This document shows positions 1-13,216 of a stretch of DNA of 64,000 nucleotides, one piece after another. This DNA is from Chrysomallon squamiferum (taxonomy: Eukaryota > Animalia > Mollusca). Made by a program: the position numbers and the translations under genes. Each line of letters begins with the position of its first letter. The stretch's first letter is position 1. Under the pieces are notes generated by a model. The model was not told the origin of the DNA. It saw nothing but the letters and a program-made list of their open reading frames with translations, and ran no database searches. The stretch is from assembly GCA_012295275.1 (NCBI GenBank), contig CM022678.1:6386001-6450000 (forward strand). The letters are read 5' to 3'.

Positions 1-2700
1 ATTTCGTTGGAATTGATGGTTAATAATCTTGATACATAATGCATTATTTAACTGATGATGAAATTGTAATATCTTTTAGACTTATATAAACATTTTCAAA
101 GCATTGAGACTGTTTCAATACTTACTGGTATCAGTAGGTGTTGCTACAAAAAATGGAATAAAATAGTTAATGAAATTGAGGAATATTAAAGATACTCAAA
201 ACAATTCTAGGAAAAACATTTTTTTCACAAACCTGGTTAATGTAACTTCGTCCTCTTTCCCAATCGATATATTTTATAACAGAACTTTTGGTACAGAATA
301 AAGTTAATGAAGGAATTATATTTCATCAGTTATGTCATTACAACTTTAAGATGAAGAAAAGGGGAACATCACCTTTCTGAATGTGGAAAAACGAAAAAGA
401 CTTTTTTCAGAACTAAGGAAACATTATTTTGTTCAAACTCATAGTTAATAAGTATGCTGTATCCTCCATTACTGAATTGATTATGAAATTTTAAAGTCTT
501 TTAGATTTACATACATAAATATTTTCAAAATATTAAAATTGTTTCCATACTTACTGGTTGTAGTAGGTATCGCTACAAAATAAATATTGAATATATATAT
601 ATATAATTATCGAATAAAAAAATTAATAATGTGAATCTGGAGAAATTAGTAAGATTTCCTTAGAAGTAACGTAAAATTATTTCTTTCAAATTGATACTGG
701 ATAAGCATGGTAGATACTTCATTATTTAACTGATGATGAAATAGTAATATCCTTTAGACTTATATAAACATTTTCAAAACATTAAAACTGTTTCATTAGT
801 TACTGGTAGTAGTAGGTGTTCCTACAAGAAAAAATGGAATAAAATAGTTAATGACTTTCAGGAATATTAAACATATTCAAACGAATTGTAGGAAAAAGAT
901 TGTTTCACAAAGTTGGTCCATGCAACTGTGTCCTCCTTCCTAATTGATATATTTTAAAACGGAACTGTTTGTACACAAGAACCCCAGTATATATATAAAT
1001 GTATATATATATAGGTAATCGAATATTTAATAATTTAATTTTAGTATTGTGATATACTTTAAAAAGAGGGCTCTGATAATTAGTTCACCTTTTTTTAATC
1101 AAAGAAATATAATGTAAGAATTATATTTCATCAGTGATTTCAGTAGAACTTTAAAAACAAGAAAAGGGGAACATCACTTTTCTGAATCTGGAAAAATGAA
1201 AACTGTTTTATCTGAAGTTTTAATTGACCAGTTTGTGTAATTTCAAGACCATATAAATTGTTCTAATATTTACTGGAAGACGACGTCTAGAAGTAACAGA
1301 ATAAAATAAAATAAAATAAAATAAAAACATTGTTAATCAACCTGACATACATAAACGATATTTTATTAGAATTAAAGAACAGTAAACCATTCTAAGAAAA
1401 ATGTATTTCAGAAAATAATGAAGCAATATGATTTTATCTGATTCTTGAAAAGATGGAAAAGACTGACTATACTGGGATTACTAACACCCTTTACTGGTCC
1501 TAAGCAAACATGTTCAGATTCCAACTTCTGCTTTATAAATATATTATATACAGTATTATTTAATTATAAAAATAGTGAAAAAAAAATGGCTCGATTCTTA
1601 GAAAGGATTATTAAGATACGTGTATCTATCTTTGTACTTTTTCTTTATTTTATTATTTGTTTTATTTTTATTTCTTTTTATATATAATAACTTACCTGTT
1701 GTTCGAGATGAACCTGAAAAAGGTAAAATAACAATAAATATAATCATATGAAATATAAAAAGTATTAATAATTTGATTTTTATTTCTTTTTAAAATAAAA
1801 TAAACAAAAATATAAAGATAAGAGGTATAAATACTATTACTTTATAGAATTCGTTTGTGTTTTAGATTTATAAATAATTTCAACACAATAAAAAAATTGT
1901 TTAAGCATTTGCTCGAAGATGGCACACAAGATAACACTAATATTAGAATAAAAATAGAATGAAATTATTAATATAGGAACATTAAATATATTTTATTAGA
2001 AATAAACAAAAGAAACTTTCCATAAAAAGTAGATGTATTTGTATTTGTATTCTATGATACTTTTCTAATAATTTACATGTTGATCAAGACGAACCTGAAT
2101 AAAGTCGAATACATTTATTTAATTAACTGTAAAACGTTTATGTTGTTTTTATAAAATGTACAGGTAAGTTTTGATGAATATAAAGGATATTTTATTAGAA
2201 CTAAACATTAACAAACCATTCTAAGAAAAATGTATTTCAGAAAATAATGAAACAATATGATTTTATCTGATTCTTGAAAAGATGAAAAAGACTGACTATA
2301 CTGTGATTACTAAGACACTTTATTGACCTTAAGCAAACATGTTCAGCTTCCAACTTCTGCTTTATAGATATGTTATATACTGTATTATTTAATTATAAAA
2401 ATAGTGAAAAAACTGTATTATATAATCTTTGTTTCTGTGCTAGATTTTTATTTCATATTAAACTAATACAAAATGTTTATGTATTCACTGGAAGACATTT
2501 AACGACATTTTCCTATCAAAAAGAAAAACGTTCAGTTCAGGTATATCAAACATATTTTAGTAGAAATAGACAACAACAAAACGTTTAATAAGTATTTAAT
2601 AAGCCTATCTTATCTTTATGCTTTTGTTGCTTTTAACATTTAATCATTTACCTGTTGATAAAAAGATAAAATAAATTTTTAACTATAAACATAATTAAAT
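1..2700. repeat. Local tandem/segmental duplications of intron-exon units
   Basis: ~1-440 resembles ~680-1210 (shared attatttaactgatgatgaaat, ggggaacatcac). ~1355-1585 resembles ~2185-2415 (aaccattctaagaaaaatgtatttcagaaaataatg...taagcaaacatgttcag). Confidence 0.85.
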
Positions 2701-3978
2701 GAAATGTAATTATTGTTAAAAACAATACACTCTGAGGAAACAAAATGTTAAGTAATATTATTTTGAATTCAATATATAAGAAACTCTTGAACAATTTGTA
2801 CGATCACTCAGTTTTCATAGCTTATTATTCTGTATCTCTTTGTCTGCGTGTGCCTTTGTATTATAATGTTCTTGAGTTTCGAAAATTTGAAACAGAATAT
2901 ATATATATATATATATATATTATGTTTCAAGAGAAAAAAAAAGATATATATATATATATATTATAACAATGAATATAATAAATGGTATAACCAGATTTAG
3001 ACACTATGTTTGATATTTATATGTAAATTCATAAACAAAATATACAGTTTATTGAATGCAAATAATTTCTTGACTACAGTTACAAAATATATCGATCTAC
3101 TTTCCGAATTTTCGTTTCGCAAGATTTTAATTTTCGTCATCACTGATATAAAGTACTGAAGTTCTCTTTAGACTAAGATCCATAAAACATTATGACAGAT
3201 TAAAATCAAAATGAAACTTTCTGTTTTAACTAAATGTGTTTTAAATCTACTTGAATAGTGTGAAATACTGGCAATAAGTTCTGACATCATCAAGAACAGT
3301 ATTTTGAGTGTACCATACCAGCCACCAGCTTTAAAACGACCGAAACTTCATTTAGAGCTAATCATACTAACACATCATTGTGTAGATACTGTTATGCAGC
3401 TTTTAATCGCCAATATAATTATTATCTATGATTATTCTAAATAGCAGGCACTCAATTAAAATGCAGTTACACGAATTTATTACTTTTCCTGCTGATTTCT
3501 GGCATTACTAAAGACATTTAGAATGTTGCAAGTGATTTTAGTAAACATTGTAAGCAAGGAAAGAAAAAAAAATATATCGATTTATTTTTAGTAACAGTTT
3601 GACCACTTCCAAATATCAAAAGAATGAAACAGTGAGAGGTTTTGTTTTATATATATTTTTTAATTTCGTACTTAACATAAAACAAGTGATTATTTCAAAT
3701 AATAATAATAATAATAATAATAATAATCATCATAATCATAATCATAATAATAATAGTAATAATGATAGTAATAAAAAAAAGTAAAACAATTTAATAATAA
3801 TAATAATAAGAAGAAGAAGAAGAAGAACCAGGCAACAGAATAAATAGTTTCTGAGAAAAATGTATTTTTTTTTTTTTTTTTGCTCACTCATAAGTTTTTA
3901 ATTTTGATTTATTTTTAAAAACTTACTTGTTCCAAAGGCTAAAATTACAAAAAGGGCGACAACTAGAAACAGCTTCAT
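126..3978 (-). CDS. Secreted protein gene with signal-peptide exon and micro-exon array (3' end probably outside window)
   Basis: Minus-strand exon 4002..3927 (ttttcag acceptor, gtaagt donor) has ATG at 3978 and encodes MKLFLVVALFVILAFGT (signal-peptide-like, phase 1). Downstream AG..GT-flanked units of 18 or 24 nt lie at 3507-3484, 2512-2489, 2094-2077, 1713-1696, 821-804, 572-555 and 143-126. Which units are actually used is uncertain. Confidence 0.6.
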
Positions 3979-4032
3979 CCTTGCTATTTGTTATCTTTCT
4001 TTCTGAAAATTAACAATAATAATAATAATAAC

Positions 4033-4117
<85 letters not shown>

Positions 4118-4418
4118 TAAAAGTGATCTCACCAATAATTGGTGTGAACAAAATTTTGAAAAATTTATGTTATTATTTTATTGGTCTGGATATGTAAAAA
4201 AAAAAAAAAAAAACACTCTCACACTTACATACATAAACAGATAATTTTATATATCTATCTATCTATCTATCTATCTATATATATATATATATATGCATAT
4301 ACATATAGAAATACAGACATACATACATATATATTTATGCACGCAAACATATATATAGTTATACATACATATATATGTACATACATAGGGAGACAAACAA
4401 AGAAGACATTTTACTTAC

Positions 4419-4487
4419 AAAGTATTGTTACTCCTTCAGTTCTGTCTTCAAAATCTATTTTACCCAACAGTTTACGTCATATTTATA
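4419..4487 (-). promoter_or_regulatory. Putative TATA box and short non-coding first exon of the micro-exon gene
   Basis: Minus-strand TATAAA at 4487-4482, a TGACGT half-site just downstream, and a gtaagtaa donor at 4418-4411 that could splice to the acceptor before 4002. Confidence 0.45.
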
Positions 4488-4872
4488 TCATTCAGATTTG
4501 TGTCAGATTTTAATTAAGTGTTTTTCTGGCAGAGCGTTACGTTGGTAATAATTTTGTTATTTCAGATTGGGGCGATTTCTGCTGCGTTTCTTTCTTTCTT
4601 TTTAATACAGCATGAACCATTATGACTACAAATTGTTCCGTTAATGGCAGAAATGTATTCTTATTCGTTACAAAACTGTAATGAATACAGATGCTATCTG
4701 CATCGAAGCCTAAAGCTCTCAGAAACCAATATGAGGAGCAAACGCAAATTAGTTTTCAATGACGTAAAAAGGTTTCAGGCATTATTTTAAACTCATTACC
4801 TGGATAGATCGATAAAAGTGCAGAACGTGCACGTTGAATATTAAAAACATTCTAATATTTTATTACAACATA

Positions 4873-4918
<46 letters not shown>

Positions 4919-4919
4919 C

Positions 4920-4962
<43 letters not shown>

Positions 4963-5293
4963 GTAAACACATTGAGTTAAACAGTAATTTCTTATAAGTT
5001 TCTAATTTATTACAACATTATATACATATAGACTGAAACAGCACAACACATTAAGTTACATGTTAATTATTTGTTCATAATTTTAAGAATTAATAACACA
5101 ATATGCGTATTAATAAAAAGTATCTAAGACACATAATTAAACATTTACTTATTTCATTTTAGACAAGTTAAAAAAAAAAAATGCAAAATCCAAATATAAA
5201 CATGATGTTGAGTTAATTTTGATTTGCCAGTAATGTTGCATCATGGTAGCAAAATACGAACTATTAAAAACGAAAGTCCGTCTTTTGGTGGAC

Positions 5294-5595
5294 GTCTGCA
5301 GAGTTGTCTTTTCCTTTTACAAAAAAAAAAAAAACTCAGAAATATCAGTTAATCAGAGTTAGTCTGCAGAGTTGTCTTTTCTTTTTGCAAAAAACCCTCA
5401 GAAACATCGGTCAGTCAGTTAGTCTGCAGAGTTGTCTTTTCTTTTTACAAAAAACCCTCAGAAACATCGGTCAGTCAGTTAGTCTGCAGAGTTGTCTTTT
5501 CTTTTTAGAAAAAACCCTCAGAAACATGGGTCAGTCAGTTAGTCTGCAGAGTTGTCTTTTCTTTTTTTTAAATGCTAGGAAGCTCGGTTAGTCAG
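5294..5595. repeat. 60-bp minisatellite, about 5 copies
   Basis: The unit gtctgcagagttgtcttttctttttacaaaaaaccctcagaaacatcggtcagtcagtta repeats with a 60-bp period between 5341 and 5580. Confidence 0.9.
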
Positions 5596-5846
5596 AGAGG
5601 ACTGTCTACCGAGTTTGCCACTTTATGATTAAAAATTGATTTGCTTTTAATTTGATTAGATGTAGATACAGATATAGGTTCACTTCAATAAGCAGAATGT
5701 CACGTATCGTCTTGAAAGATTGGACAGAATTCAAATCTTGAACAGACCAACAAATACGTTTTCTCATACTGTTTCACGACAGATTAATATGACTTACGTT
5801 TACTTTGTCAAAACATTTTCTCCAAATTAAATAAAAATATATAAAA

Positions 5847-5893
<47 letters not shown>

Positions 5894-6794
5894 AATAAAT
5901 AAATAAAAACATTTTCATTTTGCTCATCTTTTTGCTGATAAACTGTAAATGCCTTACAACTTAAGTACAATGATGTCATCTGTTGTAAACAAAAATCTCT
6001 TTCGTAAGCTCAGCTTATAAGCTGCAAACGCTCACTTCTTATGTACGTTGAAATGATCTGTTCTCTGGTACACGTTTTGTACACGTTCGAGAGTTATTTT
6101 GTTTCGCGTATCTTTTACGTTCTTAACAATTATCTGTTGTGTCGTTGATCTCCTGGTTACGTTCTATTCATCTGTATGGCTTATATCTTTCACGTAAAAT
6201 GTTGACATAATCGTTTGCAAGACCGAGCTTTCATAAAACCTTGAAGAAGCGACTTTCTTCGGATAATTCTTCAATTTACATTTGATTTATTATTTGTTTT
6301 AGTGTTTGTTTGGGGGGGCTTTTTGTGGGGTTTTTTTTTATAGTCTGAAGAAAGGAATTTTGCATGGTCACTTTCCAGTAATTTAAATATTTTTTACTGT
6401 TATTATTATTATAATCATTATTTTTATTTCAGTTTCAGTGTCATATTTACGTGGCTGATGAGATTGTTTCGCCTGTAACTGATCAATACACCTTTATTTC
6501 GACGAGCGAGTTCAACCTGCAGTCCGTTGATTACAGTTTAATGTTGATTTCAGGTTTCAGTTTGCTTTCTCGACGAGAATCATTCAGGTGTAATTCGTCC
6601 ATGTTTGTCTATAATAGTTAAATGTCTTATGAGAAAATAAGAAGAATTTCCTTTACAGGAAAGTTGACAATGTTACATAATACATCACACATTTTCGATA
6701 TAGTTATTTGTGAAAGAATTAAATGGTACTTCAGATACAAATTTATAAACAATGTCTTAAATCTACAACGTTTTAAAGACATTTGTTCGTTGTT

Positions 6795-6826
<32 letters not shown>

Positions 6827-7045
6827 TTGAAACAGTCATAAAGATAATCTAAAAATTTAATATAATATATACAACATTCCTGGACCCAGTATTTCATGCA
6901 AAATTTCATGTATATATATATATATATATATATCTATCTATCTATATATATATATATATATACGTGTATATATGTGTGTGTGTGTTTGTCTGTATGTTTA
7001 TATATATATATATATTGGTATATCTGTACAGACTCACGGGCACAT

Positions 7046-7081
<36 letters not shown>

Positions 7082-8071
7082 GTTGTTGATTTTAACTAAT
7101 TATATCACTGTGATTTTTATTTTATACAGACTTTCACGGGAACACATAACACAATTTGCAGACAACATAGTTACAACAGACAAACGTAAACAATGTTAAA
7201 ATTTAACGTATAGATTAAAAGAAAAATATACAGTATTCTCAATTCGCGGGGGTTACGTTCTTACCCCTTTCGTCTTTATGATTATATACGGTACTAAATG
7301 CTTCCACGTTCGTTGTTGATTTTAACTAATTAAATTTCATCTGTTATGATTTTAATGTAGTAATGAAATTTTAATTTTGGCGAAACAATTTTTAATAAGA
7401 AAGAAACCTAAGTACAGGACAGTAACAGAGATAGTTACCCATACAGTATTACAACATCGCAATTTGGTTTTGAGGAACAAATTTAAAGGCAAACAGACAG
7501 ATAAATACAGTACGTTCAGGTGAACTTATGCAATTAAAAACAATATGAAAAAAAATGTTCTGTCCAAAATTTAACATATGGATTAAAATAATAAAAAAAA
7601 ATTGATATTGTTTGTGCGGTTTACCGAGCATTTGTTTTATTGTTATGACGCTCGCCTGGTATACCAGCATACGATGCGATAGGGTTAAGAGCCTGTATGC
7701 ACCGGTATACTGTATTTGGCATTTACAACATGTGACCAGGCTGAATCATCGTATACGAAGACACATTCCCCCCAGATAGATATACGTAATAACGTAAGTA
7801 AAGCGCACAAGCTTAACTAGTAGTAATGGCCATGATTTTGTTTGTTTGAAACTGGTCTTACCTCGGGTGGATTCTAAGGAACATTTTGTTTCTGAAACAA
7901 TTACTCTGTTGAATATAAACAATTATTCGAACGTTCAGAATGAAACAAGCCCGGAATGGGCCCGGCAAAGATCTGAATGATGATGTGATAGATCGCTAAT
8001 GTCTGTGTGAACGAGCATGGCACGTCATGACTGAATGTACCGGTGTCGGTGTAGAGTCTAATCAGATTTAT

Positions 8072-8129
<58 letters not shown>

Positions 8130-8370
8130 ACTCACACACACACATACGTAAACGGTTGTCTTGATAGTCTGCGGCATATGACGGTTTTTTTGTTTGTTTT
8201 TTTTGTTCATGACTGGACTTTGTCCTCCTGTGTCAGTGCGTTCCTGAATATTGTCCATATGCAGAATCTAATCAGACGTACATAAGAGAGAGAATATTCA
8301 AAATTATAAAATACATACATACATACATTTACGTACACACGCATACGACCATACACTCATATTCATACAA

Positions 8371-8405
<35 letters not shown>

Positions 8406-8417
8406 CGTTCATGTGTA

Positions 8418-8472
<55 letters not shown>

Positions 8473-9370
8473 ATATATATATATACACACACATATATAA
8501 TACATACATACAAATATACATATTGCATACACACACATGAACACATACAAATATACGTATTTACGTTAAATTAATTTTGAAATCAGGTTGTGAATGCATG
8601 AAAAGAAAAACATCGTTAGAATGAAAATATTTCTCATTATTGTATAAGAAGAAAAACATCGTTAGAATGAAAATATTTCTCATTATTGTATAAGAAGAAA
8701 AAGGAGGAAGCGGGGAATGAAGGAGGAAGCGGGGAATGAAGAAGGAAACAAATAAGAAAAGCAATGAAAACAAATTTAATTAAGAATGCACTGAACACAT
8801 TCTGCATGTAAAGTTAGCTTTTTCAGTGATATGATTTGATTAAGGGCAAAATATATAAATAGAAAAACCCGGGGATTTGGTATGTTAAGTCTTTCTCTTT
8901 TTCGATTAAAAGCAAAAACAAATTTTATTATCACCTTCCCATAGACAGCAGAGTTCACAGCAGAGTCTCGATAAATCAAGCAGGCGACGTGAACGAGAAC
9001 GGAAACGGAAACAGTAATTGGAACCGACCTCGTTTTAGTCCCTAGAGACACTGGGTACTCATTTATATCAACAACTGATTTTTATTTTATTTTATTATTA
9101 TTATTTTTATTATTATTTTTAATATAGATGTAATTTTTTTCACTATTTATTGTTTTTATTTTCGCCGAGGGTCCGTGTAGATAAACGAAAACAAATTATT
9201 AATAAAATAAAAATGAATTTCGCATTTTGGCTCAGGGCTAGTTATAATATTATGTCCGCAGAGAATAGGTTACAAAATAATAATAACAATAATAATTAAA
9301 TTCTGCGTGACTGTTTTGGTAACCTTTAGATAAACGATATAAATAACTACAATAAACCGGAAAGCTATTG

Positions 9371-9411
<41 letters not shown>

Positions 9412-9983
9412 CTCAATCATTGGTAAAGCAAAGAAAAAAAAAACAGAAGAAGAAAAAAAAAAGACTTGTTTAACTTAATTTTATTTATTTTCTCTGATGA
9501 ATATAATATAAACAGAAATGCACAATGATTATAGACGAAATATAAATGACGTCACACTGGAATGTAACTGCGGTTGTTTGAGCTTTTTTTTTTTTTTCTC
9601 TATGTGTGTGTGTGGGGGAGGGTTTTTCTCGCTTCAGTAGAGGGTAAGAAAAAGGGGTGTCGCCCAAATTATTATTTTTTTTTTTTTTTTTGTGGCACGA
9701 GAATTCTCAGTCTTGTTATTATTTAATTTTATTTTCAGTGAGTAATATACACAATGACAGTCGTCAGAGCGTTAGCCGTGTTCAGTATTCGAACGAGAAA
9801 AGCTGTTGTCATGGTGACAGGGTTTGTCTTTTTTTTTTCTTTTTTTTTTCTGTATTTCAGAAATCTGAGAGATGTAAGTATTCATTCCTGTTATATGTAA
9901 CATGGAAAAATATTATTGTTGTTGCTGTTGTTACTGTTGTTTTGTTGTTATTATTATTATTATCATCATCATCATCATCATCA

Positions 9984-10026
<43 letters not shown>

Positions 10027-10201
10027 TGTTATTATAATCTTTCAGTATGTTTTATATTGCTTTAAATGGTTATCTCGTTTAGCAGTTTAATTCATTTTGA
10101 TAAATCACCATTTATAATTACACTACTTTTGAGGAATTTCACTTTGTACTTAATGGTGAAGGGGTTGATTAATCTGCAACTTTCAAAGAAACGTCAAATG
10201 C

Positions 10202-10253
<52 letters not shown>

Positions 10254-10369
10254 TCATGGTGATGATGATGATGAAAGAAAGAAAGAAGAAGAAGCTGATT
10301 TAAAATCTATGCTAAACGGAATTAACCGAATCTGCTATACCATTATAATTATTCTCTGAAAAACGGGAA

Positions 10370-10686
10370 TTTCCGAACAGTTGTCAATCGTCCGAATATC
10401 TCCGAAAATAGTGGAAATTGTCCGAACAAGACAAGCTATCCTCCGTTGAAAAACCAGTGTATTTACCGGGCGCCATTTTTATAAAATTGTAATGTCTTTT
10501 ATTATGAATACACCAGTGAAACGCAGGCATGGTGTGGACACATCACAGGAAGACATTACAGGTAACTACATTTTTTTAAACTGATATATATCAGATAATG
10601 ATCTGGTGCCGATTGTTATCACGATCTATTTAATACATTGAAATTGCAAGTTAAATGTTGTCATTTCCTAGTGACGTCACTTCCTA
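10370..10686 (+). promoter_or_regulatory. Putative housekeeping-type promoter region of the UBF-like gene
   Basis: Locally CpG-enriched. YY1-like CGCCATTTT at 10471-10479, about 30 nt before ATG 10504. Overlapping CRE/ETS composite GTGACGTCACTTCC at 10671-10684 in intron 1. Four TCCGAA motifs at 10372, 10391, 10401 and 10421. Confidence 0.5.
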
Positions 10687-13171
10687 CACGTGCTTTTTCT
10701 TTTATAAACTTTATTTGTTTTTATCTTTAAATTTACTAGCATTTCACATTTACTTTATAGCTTGCTTTATCACTCATATATCATTTTGAATAAAGATATG
10801 GACCGTTTTGAAACGAGTGCATTCGGAGGATTCTCAAACACAGCACACGAAATTATCATTTTCGGTATCACTATCAGTATCACAGTATCAGTGTATCACT
10901 GTATTAGTAACTATTACTGTTTAGAGGACGCTGATTTCAGATTTGTGATCATACGATCCGAGATCGGATTAAAAATTTAACTGACGCTTGTTCATACTTA
11001 CATTAACCATTGCAAAAGTATCAGTGTTTGGATTACTGAAATAAATACACTGTAATCTTGCAGTTAGATCTACTCTGTATTTTCAGAATTTTTCTCAGTA
11101 ATTTCGTTCAATTATTTGAACATATAATATATCAACTAATTTTTCGAACATTAACAGTAACGCAAGTAGCCACACTATCGGTGCACGTGCAAAGATTTGT
11201 AACTAAAACTGGTCTGGTGGTCCATTTTGTAAAAGTACATGTATGGTAATACTGGCTGTAATTTTATTTATTTAATAATTTGAAAGAAGAAGAAAAGTAT
11301 TAAATTTTAAAAGTAACATTAATAAGCTGCATATATATATATATATATATATACCATTGGTACACAATGGACCTTTCCAGTTACAGGTATTTCTCACTGT
11401 CATAGATTATGCAAATATATGGCTGTGTATGTGACTGTGTCAAAGTTAAGAATGAGAAGTGTGTTTAAACCATTTTATATGACCGTTTTAATATCGAAAC
11501 TAGCAGTGAAATGAAACCTGCAATAAAATATTGAATAAAAGAAGGGATGGGCCAGAATTTCAGTATTATCTAAAGTGTAATTATTGCAATTTTTGAATGT
11601 CAAATTTGTTGAAATGTTTCAACATAAACAGAAGCAACCATTTTGTTGAAATAACTGGTAGAGATGTGCACTGTGTTAAGTTTGTGCTGCGCATTCTTAC
11701 AATCAGTAACCAGAACTTCATTATTGAGTTTGCACAAGGCAAATCAATTACGCTTGTCCTATCTGAAATTATTCTTGGTTAAGAAATATTTTCGAAACTT
11801 TCTATCTCTACAGTTTAATAATAATATTAATAATAATAATAGCATGAATGAAATGATGAAAAGATACAGTGGGAAATAAACCCACCAATTATCAAAACTA
11901 AGAGAAAAGCTAAACAAACTGAATAGGATTAAGTCATCTGGTTATAAATTTATATTATATTCTTACCTAAGATCACTCTTTTTTTTTTATTAGCTGGATT
12001 ATGGATCACCCCCTGTTCCCATCAGCGATTTTGAAGCAAAAGCATGGAGAAAATAAAATGTTCTTCTCCTAGCCAAATAAATGTAAAATGACAATTTTTC
12101 CTTTCTCAGTTTTTGATGCTGTAAATTCATTTTAAGCTTTCAAAACAAGAAAATAAATCGTCTGGGTGAGGACTAATATGCCATTTTCTCTTCATTCCTT
12201 CTTCCGATTTCCTGTTGCACATTTTACCAGTGGCAGAACATAAAACCCTAGTAGACAATAATAATGTTTTATTTATTTATTTATTTATTTATTGTATCAC
12301 ACACACCCTCCCGAATTCGAGGGACTTATATTTCATAATCACTAATATATAAAGTGTGGCATGAAGTACATTTACCTTATAAACATGTATAATGTTTAAA
12401 ATCAATGAAATTCACTGATAATATCATAGAATATAATTAAATAAACAGGCATGCGAATTTTAAAAACAATAAATGTGTGTATAAAATTAATGTTTTAAAA
12501 ATCATTATATTTAATACTAATAACAAAGTTTGGCATTCCGCATGATACTAGTCTGCGTGTATACTTTCAAAATTGGGAGAAAAAAGTGATGTGTACAACT
12601 ATTCCTACGGTTTTTAGTTGGGCCTAAGTTTAGAATGCTAACTGAACAAGACACGTCTGCATTGCAACATGGGACAGGAGGTGCCTTGCACCATCATAGA
12701 ATTATAAGAATGTGCAGCACAATGTTAAGATAGTGCAGATCGACATAATGCATAGGAGGCAGATACAGGAAGGCATTATTTGTATCTGAATTGATCTCAG
12801 TCTGATTTTTGGAAAAGTATGCTTTAAATATTATTACCCTACATTTTATTTTATAAACAAGAATTGATCTGAAAATAAAAAGCTAAAAAAAATATAAACT
12901 TAAGCTAATATTGAGAGTAACAGTATCAGTAAATATTCACAACACTCTTTTGATAACTTGTTTCCTGAAGACTTGACTTAAAATTTTACTGTGTAGTGGA
13001 AGGTGCATGTGAAAGAATCGCTTCTTGCTAACTATTTATTGTTACTACTGCTATTTCTGTTACTGTTGATTTGATGCTATTATTATTAATATTATTATAA
13101 TGATTAACATCATCATCATTATTATTTCTCTTGTTATTATTGTAAACATTACTATTATTATTATTATTATA

Positions 13172-13216
<45 letters not shown>

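Noticed and set aside
3100-3360. Two further in-frame candidate exons (39 and 42 nt) for the micro-exon gene
   Set aside because: They have weak splice contexts and no duplicated homologs, so they cannot be supported without transcripts.
5294-5595. Regular repeats resembling a CRISPR array
   Set aside because: Whole 60-bp units repeat with no unique spacers, there are no cas genes, and the context is eukaryotic. It is a minisatellite.
5980-6620. CpG-richer, coding-looking patches
   Set aside because: The frames examined are interrupted or short, with no recognisable protein motif or consistent exon chain.
11994-12056. Possible extra UBF exon after a strong pyrimidine tract and AG
   Set aside because: It contains an in-frame TGA in the required phase, and the model is complete without it.
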